This document shows positions 35,483 to 46,400 of a stretch of 64,000 bases of DNA, piece by piece (within the stretch, counting starts at the first letter, position 1; every line of letters begins with the position of its first letter). The notes beneath the pieces were generated by a model. The model did not search any database. It saw only the letters and a list, made by a program, of their open reading frames with translations, and was not told the origin of the DNA. The position numbers were made by a program, and so were the translations under genes. This DNA is from a virus. Location: the IMG/VR virus record IMGVR_UViG_3300010885_017276, positions 60,056 to 124,055 of that record. One strand, written 5' to 3'.

Positions 35483-38335
35483 TTATTTGAATATGGTTTC
35501 TGCTTCGTCTGGGTTCTTCATTATATATTTTAATATTGCATCGAGTATTAAAACTTGAGGGTAATTTTTAGTTAAGTTCAAGATGTCATCATTTAGTATA
35601 GGGCTAACATCAGAAAACTTACCTTGCAATATTAATTTGTTTGTGTTTTTATTTTTGATCAATTCCCCCCAACTACCGTCCATTGGTTTTACTGTTAGGT
35701 CAAAATTGTCTAGTTCAGTATCTATATTATTTACAACTTTTTGTATTTGATCTGGTGTTAGTATGCCATTAAGTCTGTTTTCAAACAAGCTTTTTGTTCT
35801 AGCTTTTGTTAGGTAGTATGCTGGTGAAGCTGCCATACTGCTAGTTATAGATCTATCTATAGTTAACATATTAGCATCTGCTTTACTTAACAAGTACTCA
35901 TTTGAAGAATCTACAAAACTTGGTTGTACATAAGGTTTGATCTGCATTTTTGTAGCTACTCTAGCGTTTACTCCTTCGTTTCCTTGAGTTACGTCTATGT
36001 TTCTAGCTATTCTTTCATATCCTGCATCTCCCTTTTCAAATGTAACTGAAGCTGCACCTTTTCTGACTTCTTCTCCTTTTACTGTTCGGACCCCTTGTCC
36101 TTGTACGACAGTGATATTGCCATCTACATCTACCGAAGCGGTAAATGGTGCACCTTTTGGGTCAAATTCCGGGCCGCCATCTTTTTGGCTTATTAAGTTA
36201 GCAATAGCTGTTTTTTCTGCTTCGGATGTTATATTAAAATTCTTTGTGGTGGTAAAATAAGCACCGCCTCCATTTTCATTTTTACCTATTAGAACTTGCC
36301 CAGCTGCCTCCTTGGCTTTTGTGCCATAAAATTTATCACCCCAATCTATGAAACCTCCTTCAAAAACTCCTGCACTAGTATCTCTAACTTTATCCATAAG
36401 AGTTGCAAACTGTTTAAGTTTTCCAACATCCCCTTTTATATTCTTCTTCAAGTTATTCCATCCGCCATTTGCATTAACAAATTTGGCCATTTCACCACCT
36501 AAAGCTTTTAATTCTTTGATGTGTATATCGTTATTTTCTACACCTGCTTCAAGCGCACCTACAATACCTCCGATAATCGCTCCTCCTGTAGCTGTAAATG
36601 GTGAAAGGGGTGCTCCTAATCCTGTAGCTATTGTTGCTGCTCCTGCTATAGTTGCTCCTTGTGCTCCTCTGATTGCAGCTTGTTTAAGTATGTTCATAGG
36701 ATTACTAAATTGACCATAGCTAGCGTCTGCAAAACCTCCGCCATCTTTTATGTGGTCATAGCCCATCTTGAAGTCTGCTATGTACTTGTCAGCGTCTTTA
36801 TCAAACTCGTCTATGTAACCTTTTTTATCGGCTTCTAACAAGTCATTCATCAAACTCATACGTTTTGCGTCTGCTTTAGTTACTACTTTGGCCTCATTTC
36901 CATATACAATATTCATCTTAGAAGCATTAAAGGCTTCTACGACAGCTGTTGCACTTGAATATTGCTTGGCTATGTTTTCTTTACCTTTTATAGCTCTAAC
37001 TCTTCCATTTACAAACTCGTAGCCCTTTTTAGCTAGTAGGGCATTGAACTCATCTTTTTGATGTTTCTCAGTAAAGTCCCCATTATACGCAGTTGATACT
37101 GCATTCATAATTTTATTATATTCTGTATTGTGGTCTTTGTGTACCGCATCTACTAAAGCTGGTGCTTCAGGAAGCTGTGTTCTATCCTTAGAGATTTCTA
37201 CGTATCCAGCTGCATTTCCAACTGCAGGGTTACCATTTGCATCTAATCCTAATTTTGCATTAGATTCTGCTTGTTTTCTTATCTCTTCTTGCTGTTTTAG
37301 TTCTAGCTCTTTTTGTGCAAAGTAGTAATCATCCTTTTTATACTCCTCGCTTACTCTACCACTAGCAATACTAGCAATGCTGTGTTGGTATCCTAATTTC
37401 TCTAAGTAGTATCCTAATTGTTCTGGGTTATCTACATCTATATTTTTAAAGTTGTCTTCAGATTCTACTCTTTCTTTTTTGATATAGTCTAAGCCTCTTT
37501 TAGCATCTTCAATTTCTTTTTTGCTTTTAAGGGTGTTATTTATTACTGCTTCATATTCTTTTATACCTGCATCGTAAGTGTCTAATTTAGATTTTTTCAA
37601 GGTTTCAAAGTTAGATTTGGCTTCCCCCATATTATCCTTAACTCTAGCCCAACCATCTATCTTGATTTGATTAAGTACGTCTGAAGACAAGAGTTGAGGC
37701 ATGTATTGGTATATCTCTTGGGATGTAAGACCATTTAAAGTAGTTTTTCTTACTTGTCCCTCTCCATTAGGTATCTCTATTACTTGGTCCCCCTTCAAAT
37801 CTTTTATTTTTTTGAGTTCATCAAGTACTTTATTTTTGTCTACAAAGGGGCTATATGATAGATTACCTAAGTCATCTGATTCTCCTGATGCATACTCTTG
37901 TAGGCCTGCTTTGTAAACCGCGTACGCATGATTAGCCTCATTGTAACCACCATCCTTTTTACCTTTTAGGTCGGCTAGTTGCTGGTTAAATGAATTTATT
38001 CTTTGGGAGTTACTTACTTGTTTCTTTACGTTATCATCTACTGCTGAAGAGATATAACTAGATAGTTGTCTAGCAACTGTGTTATCTGTTAAATCTAACT
38101 TTGCACTAGCATCTACGTTAGTCAACAGCTTTTGTAATCTGTCACCTAAATACTGTTTATCCTTATCTCTATACAAAGGTATTGCAGACACTTTACCAAT
38201 AAGGTCTTCAACTTTAGCTAAGTTTATATCAAACTTCTGTTGCATAGCATGCTGGATTGCTCCGGTATACTGTGCAACATCTGTTGTTTGTAGTGTGTCG
38301 CTATAATTTAATGGTTGCGAATATGCTGATGCCAT
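35483..38335 (-). CDS. Putative internal virion/ejection protein with Gly-zipper hairpin
   Basis: GAQGATIAGAATIATGLGAP...GGAIIGGIVGAL segment; 950 aa. Confidence 0.65.
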   Translation of the reverse strand: MASAYSQPLNYSDTLQTTDVAQYTGAIQHAMQQKFDINLAKVEDLIGKVSAIPLYRDKDKQYLGDRLQKLLTNVDASAKLDLTDNTVARQLSSYISSAVDDNVKKQVSNSQRINSFNQQLADLKGKKDGGYNEANHAYAVYKAGLQEYASGESDDLGNLSYSPFVDKNKVLDELKKIKDLKGDQVIEIPNGEGQVRKTTLNGLTSQEIYQYMPQLLSSDVLNQIKIDGWARVKDNMGEAKSNFETLKKSKLDTYDAGIKEYEAVINNTLKSKKEIEDAKRGLDYIKKERVESEDNFKNIDVDNPEQLGYYLEKLGYQHSIASIASGRVSEEYKKDDYYFAQKELELKQQEEIRKQAESNAKLGLDANGNPAVGNAAGYVEISKDRTQLPEAPALVDAVHKDHNTEYNKIMNAVSTAYNGDFTEKHQKDEFNALLAKKGYEFVNGRVRAIKGKENIAKQYSSATAVVEAFNASKMNIVYGNEAKVVTKADAKRMSLMNDLLEADKKGYIDEFDKDADKYIADFKMGYDHIKDGGGFADASYGQFSNPMNILKQAAIRGAQGATIAGAATIATGLGAPLSPFTATGGAIIGGIVGALEAGVENNDIHIKELKALGGEMAKFVNANGGWNNLKKNIKGDVGKLKQFATLMDKVRDTSAGVFEGGFIDWGDKFYGTKAKEAAGQVLIGKNENGGGAYFTTTKNFNITSEAEKTAIANLISQKDGGPEFDPKGAPFTASVDVDGNITVVQGQGVRTVKGEEVRKGAASVTFEKGDAGYERIARNIDVTQGNEGVNARVATKMQIKPYVQPSFVDSSNEYLLSKADANMLTIDRSITSSMAASPAYYLTKARTKSLFENRLNGILTPDQIQKVVNNIDTELDNFDLTVKPMDGSWGELIKNKNTNKLILQGKFSDVSPILNDDILNLTKNYPQVLILDAILKYIMKNPDEAETIFK

Positions 38336-38356
38336 ATCTTATGTGTGAATTTATTG

Positions 38357-38388
38357 CAAAAGTACAACTTTTATTTGTATCCTACAAA
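38357..38388 (-). promoter_or_regulatory. Bacteroidota-type promoter
   Basis: Minus strand TTTG-N20-TACTTTTG. Confidence 0.75.
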
Positions 38389-38397
38389 TTAATTAAA

Positions 38398-40335
38398 TTA
38401 TTTCTTTTTAAATCTGCCTCCAAATTTAATTGCTGGATTTTTTGCTTTTGCCTTAGATTTTTTAGTAGTATCAGGTTCGTACTGGCTTTGAACATATCTT
38501 GTATTATCTTGTCCTGAAAGTATACTAGGATCATACTCAGTTGCATACCCATTTCCAGTAAATTGTACATTTGGATTATATGCGTTTTGAGCATTCATCA
38601 TATTTACATATTTCCAATTGTTTGTTTGATCTCTAAATCGTTGATTTATCATATTTTGATAATCATTCTCCCAATTACCTAATCCTGTAAGAGTTCTCTG
38701 TTCGTAACTTAATGCGTTTTGGCCTCTATACAAATCTTGAGTGTCTGCAGCTTTTGTATTATATATATCTGCTGCATTTTGTGCTTGTGCATTATATCTG
38801 TTAGTATCTGAGATTTGCTTGTTTGTTCCAGTTATCTGATTTGCAATCAAACCTATACTAGATGCGGCTTTTTGTTCTGGTGACAATCCACTAAAGTCTA
38901 CAGCTTGTACAGCTCTATCTATCTCTGATATACCCTGTGTTGCAGAAATTTTAGCAGGATCTATTTGTCCTATTTTAGTATCTATTTTTGTAGATGGGTG
39001 CCATTGAGGCATGCTTATAGGTCTTATTGGTACACCTAAAACTCCCATAACTTTCTGCGTTTTACCTGCTGTAAAAGGTGCTACGTCCGCTGCTGCTTCT
39101 TCTTCTTCCGGTGTTGCCGCTGGCTCCTCTTGCTGTTTAACAGCTGTCATAGCTTGTAGTACTGCATCGTGGAATGGTCCTGGTTCAGAGTCTGTAGCAA
39201 GCTTTTTAATTTCATTATATCTAGCTTCTCCTGTTAATCCCTTCAGCTGCTCTTGAATATTTGGAGCAAACTTACCTTTATTTTCAGTTAACCACTGGTC
39301 TATCTTTTTAACTCTTTCTTGGTCTTTCCAAGTAGCATCTACTAATGGTAACCATGCTCTTTTATAATTAGTGCCTTGCCATATAGGATTCTTATTTATC
39401 TCTACAGGGGTGTAAGGTAAGGTTTTGACTGTTCTAGGATTATTAGTAAAGTCAGTTCTGTTTGTTGAGTTTAAAATTATATCTTTATTTGCATCCCATA
39501 GTTGGCTATAGTCCATTCCTAATGGAGATGAGCTCAAAGGGTTTCCAAATCTATCCACTGTATCTTTAGCGTCTACTACTCCATCCATATTCATATCTCC
39601 TCTGAGATATGTGCCTGCGGCTTGATACATTGGTAAACCAGCTAACTCAGCAGCTCTTTGTGGAGATATGCCATGTTTAGCCGCTAAAGAGCCTATGTAG
39701 CCACCGTTTGCTTTTTCATACTCTTCTCCCTCTTCTTGCTTTTTAGACATCTCTTGAATTTGAAAAACTACATTAAATAGTTGTTCTCTTTCTTTTTCAA
39801 TCGGTTTCTTTTTTTCAGCTAGCTCGTACAACTTCTTGTTTATGAAGTCAAGATTCAAGTTAGATGTATTTTTGTCTTTTACATCTTCTTTTTGCTTTTT
39901 CATAATCTCCATAAACTCTTCTAACTTATCGTTAATTTCGTCTAGGCCTGATTTTTTGTTGTATTTGTCTATAACTGTTGCGTAGGTATCATTTGGTCTT
40001 ACTGGAAGCCCAATGATCTTTTCCATTCTTTTGGCGGCATCTGCTCCAACTTTTAAGTGGTCACTAATTATCTTAGTCCCCTCCTCTAGCTTAACTGGCA
40101 TACCTCCCTTTTCGTGAGTTTTACCTTCTGCTTTTCTTACACCTCTAGAATCAAATATGTATTCCCCACCCTCAATTTCAGCATTAGGTTCTACTTCAGA
40201 CTCCTCTTCGTTTAAGGGGAATTGGTATTCCCCGGTCAACTCTTTGAACATTTGGTCTTTAGTACCACCGTCTTTGAAAAATAGGTTTTCAAATATTTTT
40301 TTTGGTATAGATATCTTATTTGTACTGGATGTCAT
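38398..40335 (-). CDS. Putative cargo protein with AEIEGGE...HEKGG domain and xxGG motifs
   Basis: NAEIEGGEY, GKTHEKGG, FKDGG, KANGG, MYQAAG and terminal KFGG. Confidence 0.7.
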   Translation of the reverse strand: MTSSTNKISIPKKIFENLFFKDGGTKDQMFKELTGEYQFPLNEEESEVEPNAEIEGGEYIFDSRGVRKAEGKTHEKGGMPVKLEEGTKIISDHLKVGADAAKRMEKIIGLPVRPNDTYATVIDKYNKKSGLDEINDKLEEFMEIMKKQKEDVKDKNTSNLNLDFINKKLYELAEKKKPIEKEREQLFNVVFQIQEMSKKQEEGEEYEKANGGYIGSLAAKHGISPQRAAELAGLPMYQAAGTYLRGDMNMDGVVDAKDTVDRFGNPLSSSPLGMDYSQLWDANKDIILNSTNRTDFTNNPRTVKTLPYTPVEINKNPIWQGTNYKRAWLPLVDATWKDQERVKKIDQWLTENKGKFAPNIQEQLKGLTGEARYNEIKKLATDSEPGPFHDAVLQAMTAVKQQEEPAATPEEEEAAADVAPFTAGKTQKVMGVLGVPIRPISMPQWHPSTKIDTKIGQIDPAKISATQGISEIDRAVQAVDFSGLSPEQKAASSIGLIANQITGTNKQISDTNRYNAQAQNAADIYNTKAADTQDLYRGQNALSYEQRTLTGLGNWENDYQNMINQRFRDQTNNWKYVNMMNAQNAYNPNVQFTGNGYATEYDPSILSGQDNTRYVQSQYEPDTTKKSKAKAKNPAIKFGGRFKKK

Positions 40336-42946
40336 AACTATCTGTTTTAGGATTGTATGTGTAGCTTTTTATTGTTTTACCCCTCAACATATTTAAGTAC
40401 TTGCCCCCCATTTTCATGGTCTGTTGTTGCATCTCTTGTTCTTGTTGAGGTGGGGCTTGTTGAGCTCCTTGAGATTGTTGCATTTGCTGCATAACCATTT
40501 GGATCATTTGAGAAGCCTCTTGTTCAGGAACTCCCATTTGTATAAGCTGTTGTAGTATCTCTTCTGGGTTAGCCCCTTGTTGTAAAGCTTCGGCTATTTG
40601 AGCTACAACTTGTCCCATTTGATTCCCTTGGTCTTGAGGTTGTTGAGCAGGCATTTCTTGTCCTCCCTCTTGGTAGTATCCCCCATATCCTAATTGTGGA
40701 GTTGCTTGTTGACCACCTTGAGCTTGTTGCATTGCAGCTTGAATTATTTGAACAGCTTGCTCTTGTGGTATACCGGCTTGAACTAACTGTTGCAAAACTT
40801 CTTGAGGTGATGCACCTTGTTGTAACATTGAAGCCACTTGAGCCATTATTTGTTGCATTTGGTCTCCACCACCTTGTTGTGGCATTCCTTGTTCTGGCAT
40901 ACCCTCTTGCGGAGCTTCCATTTCAGGTTGCATACCTCCTTCTTGGTAGTATCCAGATAATTGACGATATTGGTTTAAATTTTTATATTCATTTTCTCTT
41001 TCATTATACATATTATTGTATGAATTGCTAAGATCGTTTTCATAGTTTGCTAATTGCATATTAGTTCTATTCTCATAATTAGCAGCATCACTATCTTCTA
41101 CACCATTTACTCCCCCACCTTGATACGCTTGTCTAAACATAGGAGTCTGTTTTCCAGGATTAAAATCCATAGGACTACTTGTTATTAACAAATTTGGGTT
41201 TGGAGGTGTGTTTGGCACTCTCATTCTATTTGATTTAACATAGTCTTGGTAAGCCTTGTCGCTTGTAAGCATGAATCTACCCGGAGCTACTTTCTTTTTA
41301 GGTGCCATGACTACGACCTCTTTTAGTTGGCCGCCATAATATGTTCTATTATCTTCCATTTGTTTTTTAACGGGTGCTTGTACCTTTTTAACAGGTCCTA
41401 ATTTTTCACCTTTTAAAAGTTTATCAGCTAATGCCATATTAGCTTTTGCAGAACCATCTGTAAAGCCTTCTTTTTTAGCTGCACTCCAAGGTTTGCCTGT
41501 AACTTCTTGCCAAATTTGCCAAACTTCTTTTGGCTTTTGTTGAGCAGGTTGTGGTGTTTGCTGTGGTAACTGTGGTGCACTCGTTGTTGTAGGGATACCA
41601 AAACCATTCATTGTAGGTTCTGGTTGTGGGTAGATTGCAGGTTGTGGTACAAATCTTTGTTGTACTTCTTGTCTTTGTCTTACTTGATTTGGGTATTTGT
41701 TTACTAGGTCAGATTCCTCTTCTCCGTATAAATCCCCTTCTTGATACATTGGGTAGGATTTTCCCCCAAACTTGTAATAGCCTCCTTTTCTCATTTCTTC
41801 TTGTTGTTGTTGTGTTTCGTATTGTGGTAAATCTAGTTCTGGCATTTGGTATGATTGTGCTAGCATAGCGATTCTTTGCTTCATTGGCAAATCATCCATG
41901 TCATCCATATCTTCCATTTCTGTGTCATCTTCTATCTCTCCCCCTTCTTCTGCATATTGTGGTCTTCCGGCCATGTAGTCTCTTTGATTCTCATACATTG
42001 ATCTGGTTAAGCTTGCATTTCTTTTACCTGCCCCCATACCACTCAAGAAAGATTTAGTTCCTTGTAGTAGAGCGTTAGCTCCGAATAATGCAGCTTCCCC
42101 CGTTCTTCCTTGCCCTGCTGCTAATCCTGCACCAGTCAAGCTTTCACCTATACCATATCCTTCGTAAGGATTAGCAAATTGATATGATTTTTTACCACTT
42201 TCAAAGTCTTCTCTTGCATCTCTTTCATTCTGCTGGTTTTCTTGTTCTTGCCCTTTTTTAACATCTTCAACAACACTAGGCCCAGGGTTTTGGGAAAGTT
42301 GCTGTGCTGGTGTGCCATAAGTTAGGCCTGTAGGTTTATTTTTAATGTCAAGTGGTTCAACTTTTGGATTACCTAAATTACCAGTTGGTGACCAATTTGC
42401 AGGTAAATTCTGCGAAGCTTGATTTATGCTATATTGTGAATTACTCGTAATACTTGACGGTAAAGCTCCAATAGCTGTTTGTCCAAACGGGTTAGGTCCC
42501 AAATCTGGCATAGATGGATCTTTAAATCCACCCATATCTGCAGGGCCATTTTGAAACATAGGTAATTGTCTACCACCAAGCTCGTGCTTTTGCTCATACA
42601 TAGAGTAGGCAATTGCAATAGCTTGCTTTTGAGGACGGCCTTCTCTTATTAACTGTCCAATTTTATTACTTATCCAATCTTGTTTCCCACCTTTTTTAAA
42701 CATACGAGTTTCTGCTACATACGAAGCCCCACCAAATTTGTAATCTTGGCCCGGTTGCATAATAGTAGTGCCACCTATAGGATTCCCGTTTTGATCCAAT
42801 GGTGTCCCATACAATGGATAAGGAGTGTTTCTCATAGTTATATCCTCACTAGGTATATAGTTAATGAAGTTTTTTTCTGTATCATACCCCGGTGTAAACC
42901 CTGTTTTGTTTATGAGGCTAGATTTTCTTTTGGATTTTCTTTTCAT
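40316..42946 (-). CDS. Q/G-rich modular putative cargo protein with repeated xxGG motifs (likely start MKRKSK)
   Basis: About 13 xxGG-type motifs and a duplicated QQGA.P.E.LQQL module. The 43027 start would overlap the opposite-strand gene and its promoter. Confidence 0.75.
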   Translation of the reverse strand: MKRKSKRKSSLINKTGFTPGYDTEKNFINYIPSEDITMRNTPYPLYGTPLDQNGNPIGGTTIMQPGQDYKFGGASYVAETRMFKKGGKQDWISNKIGQLIREGRPQKQAIAIAYSMYEQKHELGGRQLPMFQNGPADMGGFKDPSMPDLGPNPFGQTAIGALPSSITSNSQYSINQASQNLPANWSPTGNLGNPKVEPLDIKNKPTGLTYGTPAQQLSQNPGPSVVEDVKKGQEQENQQNERDAREDFESGKKSYQFANPYEGYGIGESLTGAGLAAGQGRTGEAALFGANALLQGTKSFLSGMGAGKRNASLTRSMYENQRDYMAGRPQYAEEGGEIEDDTEMEDMDDMDDLPMKQRIAMLAQSYQMPELDLPQYETQQQQEEMRKGGYYKFGGKSYPMYQEGDLYGEEESDLVNKYPNQVRQRQEVQQRFVPQPAIYPQPEPTMNGFGIPTTTSAPQLPQQTPQPAQQKPKEVWQIWQEVTGKPWSAAKKEGFTDGSAKANMALADKLLKGEKLGPVKKVQAPVKKQMEDNRTYYGGQLKEVVVMAPKKKVAPGRFMLTSDKAYQDYVKSNRMRVPNTPPNPNLLITSSPMDFNPGKQTPMFRQAYQGGGVNGVEDSDAANYENRTNMQLANYENDLSNSYNNMYNERENEYKNLNQYRQLSGYYQEGGMQPEMEAPQEGMPEQGMPQQGGGDQMQQIMAQVASMLQQGASPQEVLQQLVQAGIPQEQAVQIIQAAMQQAQGGQQATPQLGYGGYYQEGGQEMPAQQPQDQGNQMGQVVAQIAEALQQGANPEEILQQLIQMGVPEQEASQMIQMVMQQMQQSQGAQQAPPQQEQEMQQQTMKMGGKYLNMLRGKTIKSYTYNPKTDSYDIQYK

Positions 42947-42952
42947 TTTTAT

Positions 42953-42982
42953 TTTGTATTTATAATATTCTTTGTATCTTTG
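42953..42982 (+). promoter_or_regulatory. Bacteroidota-type promoter for the antisense membrane gene
   Basis: TTTG-N18-TATCTTTG, 15 nt before ATG 42998. Confidence 0.7.
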
Positions 42983-42997
42983 TAAAAAATTTAAACT

Positions 42998-43498
42998 ATG
43001 GAAAATATTAATTATTGGGTTGAACACTCAAATCTTTTTTTTCATCAGATCTTTATGATTGTGATGGGTGCTCTTTATGCTATGTCTTTTGTTTTAGGTG
43101 TGTCTTATAAAGCAGTTAATATATATTGCTACTTTGTTTTTTACCCTGCTTCATTCTCTATGTTTTTGAAAAGTAAGGTTAAATACCTAATTCTGTCTTC
43201 TACTTTACTGTTCTTTTTTATTCCGGGGTTTGAATCACTATCCTCTAAATTTTTTGATGATTGTGTTATATTTTTAAACCACTCTGCTAAAGTTACACAT
43301 TCAAATTACATTAACATGTCTGTTTATCTTTGTGTTGTTTTACCCCTGCTTTTATATGTGCCATTTTTGTTATGGAGGTTTGGTAAAAAAATGTTCTTAA
43401 AAATTTTAATAACTTTTACATTAATTTGTTTTTGCTATTTACTATTTATTTATCCATTTTTTAAGCCTCTACTTGTAACGCTGCTTGATTTGCTCTAG
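42998..43498 (+). CDS. Polytopic membrane protein inserted antisense in the virion gene block
   Basis: Four to five hydrophobic segments, its own promoter, very T-rich DNA. Confidence 0.75.
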   Translation: MENINYWVEHSNLFFHQIFMIVMGALYAMSFVLGVSYKAVNIYCYFVFYPASFSMFLKSKVKYLILSSTLLFFFIPGFESLSSKFFDDCVIFLNHSAKVTHSNYINMSVYLCVVLPLLLYVPFLLWRFGKKMFLKILITFTLICFCYLLFIYPFFKPLLVTLLDLL

Positions 43499-46400
43499 TA
43501 TTTTTGCATACTCTTTTTGCATATCTGGTGATTCTGCGATCTGTCTAGTTAGCTTCTCTAAAGATTTATCATCTGTAGGGACTACATCAGAAGCTCCAGA
43601 ATCATCAGCTTTGTATTTTAAATTAGCCATTTGTTTTATAAGACCTGGTGTTAACGGTATTCTATCGTATATTTCAATTGGTGAACCAAAGGCAGATTCA
43701 GCAACTGCTAAATCATCTTTCCCTTTTAAATCCCAATTATCATAAAAACTTAGATACGGATTACCCTTTTTGTCAAAGTCTATTCCAAATGTAGCATTCC
43801 ACATTACATTTTTAGGATCTCTAAACCCTGCTTTATTTATTTTTTCACCGCCTTTTTTTCCACTTGTTTTATCTTTTGCAATAGTTTCTGGAGTTATCTC
43901 CCCGTTAGCCAATCGTTTAAATAAGTTTGTGTGTGTAGCAGCTATTTTTATATAATCTGCAACATCTTCTGGATTCTTAAATGTAACATTGGTGTCTGAG
44001 TTATTACCTGCTTTAAATGATGATGCTGTAAAAGTATCATATTTTTGAGGTAATCCAGAGTACATTCTGTAGATGTCTTCTCTCCTATTACCTTTAACTC
44101 CAGGAAGTCTTTTTACTTGTTTGTTTTTACTTTTTTCAGAAGCTAACCTATCAAAAAATGTAAATTGGGTTTTCCCCTCTTCATCTACAGTCGTGTCTGG
44201 TGCGTATCCTTGTGGATTAGTTGAGTTTACTATTCTATCTTTAAGCTGTAATGGTAATACTTTATTCCATTCACCTTTATTTTGTGTTATTTGTAAGAAG
44301 CTGATATTCTTTTCTTTTCTAATATCAGATAAAGATTTATTATCTAATAGGTATTTGTATGACCCCTCTGTCTCATTGCTTGGTCCTACAGTATCTAATT
44401 TTGGATTGTACTGTAAGTTATAAGGTAAATATTCGGAAGCAGTCCCCTTTGCTGAGTTAATAAGTTGTTGCTGTTTATCATCAAGGTATTCAGTGGTTCT
44501 TGTTAAAAAGCCTTTTTGTTCAGGTTTACGTAGTCTAGCAATTCTTTCCTCTTGCTCTAATGATAAGTTGCTTTTTGGTGAACTCCCCGTTATTTCAAAC
44601 TCCTCTAGGGCTTTCTTTGTCATTTTACCGAACTTGCCGTCTATCCCGTCTTTATTTTTACCATAGTCCCCTAAATCATATCCTAAATCATATAATTTTT
44701 TTTGTAAAGTCATTACTTCACTCATTTTAACAGCTTTATGTATGTCTGGGTCTATCTCTTTTAACTCTTTCATTTTTTGGTTGACTTGAGAGTTAATACT
44801 AGCCATAGTCTTTTTATCTCTAAGTTGCTTTTCTATCTTTGGCTCAAATTTTGAAATTGCATCTCTTACTACTACATACTCTTCTTTTTTCTCTTTGTAT
44901 GGAACCTTTATTATCTTTTCTTCAGAAGATGGTGTAACTTTATCTTGTATAAATGTAGGTATAGTACTTTTTTCTACTAGCCTGTCATTTGCTTCGTCTT
45001 TAAGTTTTAGCTGCATGCTTGAAATATTATCTCTTGTAACTATGTTATTACGTAAAGAGATAGGATTTCCTATACTAGTTACTACTCCAGCAGGTGTTAG
45101 TACTGTTTTCTTTTTACCTACTACGTTAACTTGATCTAGCTCCCCACCAAACCAAGTTTCTCTATCAGCATTTTCTGATATATCCCCTGATTGTAAGTTT
45201 CCACTTTTGTATAAGTCTGCATACTCTTGAGAATCAGTTCTTACCTTTCTCATAGTTCCGTCTGCATCTTGTAGGGTAACTATTTTTACTGGGTTTGCTT
45301 CTTTAGCCCCCCCTTCTTGATACATAGGTAATCCATAAGAACCTCCATTTGACATGTGTGTAAGCATGTCTATTAGTTCATTATTAGAGTATATCCTTTT
45401 TAGTTCGGAAAGAGGTATTTGTTCATTTTGTGTAAGGTAACCTCCGTTTTCGTATTTGGCTTTTATTTTTCTTTCTTGCTCCAACATTTGTTTAGTTGGC
45501 TTTTTGCCAGAGCCTTTATTAGCTCTAATGTTGTCCCACAATCCACGTCTAGAATATGAACCATCAGCACGTTTAATTAGCTCACCGCCATTTTTAAATT
45601 TTCTATTTACATCTTTTAAATATATCCTATCATATATTTCAAAAGGTTTTGTTAGACCTAGTGCTTCTCCTGGATTCATACCTGATCCAGTGCCTTGATC
45701 AAATTTATCATAGTATGAAATATATTCTCCTTTTTCATCTTCTCCTTTTCCTAATATATATCTACCTATTGCATTTGAATGGTGTTCTGATCCTTGCTTA
45801 ATAGTTTTATGTGCGTCTTTTCCTGCACTACTATATCCATTAACTTGCCAACTATCATTCCCTAGTTTACTTTCCCCTTTATCTAATTTTCCAGAAAGCA
45901 CTCTTTCATAATTATCTAAAACTTCATTTACAAATTCTCGATCATGATTTAAAGATATATATTTTGCATTTTTATCTTTAGATGTTGATGGTTTATTTTG
46001 ACTTTCGACTAATACACCATGTTCTAATGGCTGTCCTCCATAGTATCTATACAGATCTCCTAATGGTCCATACTGTTCATATCTATTATACCCCGGTTGA
46101 TTACCTGATGCAAAACTTGTTAGCCCAGGTATATTGCTTAAAATGCCCGGATCAAAATCTTCCCTAGTAGTTATAGGGTTTTGTTTACCACCTTTTTGGT
46201 AGTATCCCCCCATTTCTTTTTTAGTGAACTTTGGGTTATTTGGATTAAATGGTTTATAGTCATTAGTATTATGGATACGTCCATACCATGTACTACTATA
46301 ATTAGGATGAGGCCCTTGTGTTTTTAGATCCCAAGTTGAACCTTTTGGTGCAGTATTTTGATAGTACCAATCCCTTCCTCTATTCATCAAAATTCTTCTT

